DNA of 64,000 bases from Rhynchobatus australiae (Eukaryota), in the NCBI GenBank assembly GCA_034780895.1, contig JAUZTB010000048.1, positions 14,055,718-14,119,717 of the forward strand. Direction: 5' to 3'. The first letter of the stretch is position 1. Each line of letters begins with the position of its first letter. This document shows positions 61,059 through 64,000 of this stretch, piece after piece. The translations under genes were made by a program, and so were the position numbers. The notes below the pieces were generated by a model, which was given only the letters and a program-made list of their open reading frames with translations, searched no databases and was not told the DNA's origin.

Positions 61059-64000
61059 NNNNNNNNNNNNNNNNNNNNNNNNNNNNNNNNNNNNNNNNNN
61101 NNNNNNNNNNNNNNNNNNNNNNNNNNNNNNNNNNNNNNNNNNNNNNNNNNNNNNNNNNNNNNNNNNNNNNNNNNNNNNNNNNNNNNNNNNNNNNNNNNNN
61201 NNNNNNNNNNNNNNNNNNNNNNNNNNNNNNNNNNNNNNNNNNNNNNNNNNNNNNNNNNNNNNNNNNNNNNNNNNNNNNNNNNNNNNNNNNNNNNNNNNNN
61301 NNNNNNNNNNNNNNNNNNNNNNNNNNNNNNNNNNNNNNNNNNNNNNNNNNNNNNNNNNNNNNNNNNNNNNNNNNNNNNNNNNNNNNNNNNNNNNNNNNNN
61401 NNNNNNNNNNNNNNNNNNNNNNNNNNNNNNNNNNNNNNNNNNNNNNNNNNNNNNNNNNNNNNNNNNNNNNNNNNNNNNNNNNNNNNNNNNNNNNNNNNNN
61501 NNNNNNNNNNNNNNCTATTTATTTGGACAGCTGCAATTGAGTTGCATGAACAAACTTATGGAGGAATTTTTTAAAGTGAAACAGTTGTTTTAACTGCCAT
61601 GCAACTGCTGAGCCATCACAGATAGGGACTGCTGTTTTGATACATGTGAACTTTTAATGTGTCATCTTAGCTCTATGACAATATCAAGATTCTGCTTGAG
61701 ATTAAAAATAAAAGCCCAAGTTGGGAATCTGAACTAAAATAGAAAACTCTGGGAACAAACAGTAGATCAGTCAGCATCTGAGAGAGAGGCCACTTCCCGT
61801 CATAACTGCAAATTGTGTAGTGTTCTGCTGAATGGTCCCAAAGGAAATAGTAATCTATCTTTCTCAATTAGATGAAAGTGACCTGCTGGCTGGTTTAAGA
61901 ACTGACAGTTTTACTTCATGATTTATTAAAAGTTCAGAGAGCTAGATGGGCTGATTTTCTCTTCCGATTGTAGTTATTGTGCACAATGACAGTTCATAGT
62001 CCATCGACAGAATTTGGGGCAAGAGAACCACAATGGTGCCTTGTCTGTAGCAAAGGAAGTCAATTTTCCAGCACAATGGCAGGATTAAAAGTGTATAATC
62101 ATTGCATTACATCCAATCTGTATTCGGCTCTGTGACAGATTGGATGGTGGACTGGACCGAGGGCACTTTTTCTTTTACTTCTGAACTTGTTTTTTGACTA
62201 CTGTTGAAGTGCAAGTGTCTTCACCCTGATTGTGTGAAATGAGTTTGTTCAGCTTTAGCACAGTTTGCTTTGTGTATTATTTCTCATTTGAAATAGCTCT
62301 TAATGTCATGCGTTTGTATTAGGAACAAAAAAGTGTGTGGAAAATGGAAATATATGCAGTAGGAGGCACTCTTTTGCAGTGGGTTGGTGCACTGACTGAG
62401 CAGTGTAGTAGCTGCTTGTGGCCTCTGTGAAAGCATGCGTGGGTTTTGATTGCTTGGACTCAGACACACAACTGTTCCATTTCTGTTCTGCTTACAGATA
62501 AACCTCATTGAAATAGATGTGTGAGGGTTTACATACCAGGGGCCAGCCTTAGCATGGTAACAACTAACATTTAGTTCAAGTTTCAACACTTTCAATGTAG
62601 AAAAGCCTGGAGATGACACAGACATGTGAACATGATTGTAGCATATTCCAGAATGTAGAGCAGAAGAGGAAGTAATGATATTCTTTGTCTTTTACACCCC
62701 CGTTGCAGAGTTTGCAGCACTGGGAACAAATGCTGCTTCAGTATTCCGACAAGGGACACCTGCAGATGAGGTGATGCATATACGGGAAACAAAAGTGAAA
62801 AATCATGGTGTGGCTCTAACTCTTCAAGTTTTATTAATGTGTGTCTTTTGCAGAAATTGTGGTCAGTTTTAGCAAGTGGAAGGATCAGTCAGGTTCTGTT
62901 CTTGTCATTTCTGGGAGAGTGTTGTCAATTTTTACTCCTGAAGCTATTTGGTTAAAATACTGAGATCACTCACAATCATGAATGGGTGGGGAGAGAGCAG
63001 AGTTATTCTTGGTTTCAGAAACAAAATGCAGCCCAGGTATATGTGAATTTAGAATCCAGTCACTGTAATTGATTCCGCTCTGACATTTACAAATGTGAAA
63101 GGCACTATGAAAAGTTTCTGCACCAGATACGTCACTTTTGTAATATGTTTCCTATATATTTGGTAATATAGAACTACAGTGTTGGAAAAACAAATCTATT
63201 ATAAAAGGCAAGTTTTTTTTTCCCAAAAATGAAGTGACCGCCTTTAGCCAAACGTGAGATATTGGGCTCCCATCAGATTGAAACATCTGTAAGCCTGCAG
63301 AGTGTCAAATCTAAGTGACTGATTAGGCTGTGCAGCACAAAGCTCTAAGTGTAATTGGTGATTTGTAGCAACACTACTCCGTCAAAGCTGAAGGTAAAAC
63401 AAGCATTACATGGAGAAATGGCTTCTGATAATGGTGGGCAATTAAAAACAGATTGAGAAACTATTTTGAGCTAAGGTCACGTGATACTGGGTAGGAAATG
63501 AAACTGATCATGTGATGATATTTGATACTCATTTCCACAATACTTTTTTTGTTTAGTGCCAAAGGTACTATTGTCTATCATTCTCATTGTGTATACTGAT
63601 TTCCATTTCAATGTAGTCTAGCATGAGAAGAAAGTAGTCATCTCCAGTTCACTTTTAGTATACTTTTATATTTTATTTAGATGTAAGGTATTTAAGGCGA
63701 TGACATATAACTAACTTGACATGATATAAACAGGAAGATGAGATGTCATTTTTCAGAACCTCTTGTAAATGGCACTTTGATCCTCAGAACATTGATTAGA
63801 AGGGATATGGTACTCTTGCTTGCTGTGGGGTAAGTGCAGAGTTGCTAACTGTTGCATTGTGTCCAGACCAGTTCCCCTAAATAAGGGTACAATTATTAAT
63901 TATTGTAGAATGATTTTTAAATCCAAATTACCTGAAGCTTCCATTTATATTTAGGTCAATTGGGACCCCATAATTTTGCAACATTTAAAAAGGCCTGCAG

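Larger units (their letters stand above)
128..64000 (+). other. 5' part of TSHZ2 intron 1 (runs past the window end)
   Basis: GT donor at 128. No long ORF resembling the ~3 kb TSHZ exon 2 (acidic N-terminus, C2H2 fingers, homeodomain) appears in the ORF track. Confidence 0.75.

Noticed and set aside
430-62872. Short ORFs in the supplied track as host genes
   Set aside because: None resembles a cellular protein. The recognisable ones are transposon fragments, and the longest are artefacts of reading through N gaps.
1-64000. CRISPR arrays, operons, prophage or other prokaryotic systems
   Set aside because: The sequence is vertebrate intronic DNA; there are no regularly spaced repeats or gene-dense regions.

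Overview
This is vertebrate nuclear DNA from a draft assembly with many N gaps. The repeat content (CR1 LINEs, HE1-type V-SINEs, Deu-type SINEs, Penelope-like, RTE, Rex1, L2, Harbinger) points to a cartilaginous fish; that assignment is an inference. The only host-gene coding sequence I can support is a 40-nt first coding exon at 88-127 (+), MPRRKQQAPKRAA(G), followed by a phase-1 GT donor. It matches the N-terminus of Teashirt homolog 2 (TSHZ2). The remaining ~63.9 kb is best read as the 5' part of its very large first intron, and exon 2 is not seen. The intron holds decayed transposons interleaved with unique stretches rich in PBX/MEIS/HOX-type motifs, which are candidate enhancers. Main oddities: (1) about ten dispersed Penelope-derived repeats carrying a decayed minimal hammerhead-ribozyme motif, some as fold-backs; (2) an RTE LINE with a gap-free 5' inversion; (3) a LINE that seems to carry a SINE-like head; (4) a fossil two-gene Harbinger transposon; (5) two isolated hairpins at 8852-8948 and 37669-37698. 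Repeat family names come from recalled consensus motifs, not database searches, and their boundaries are approximate.
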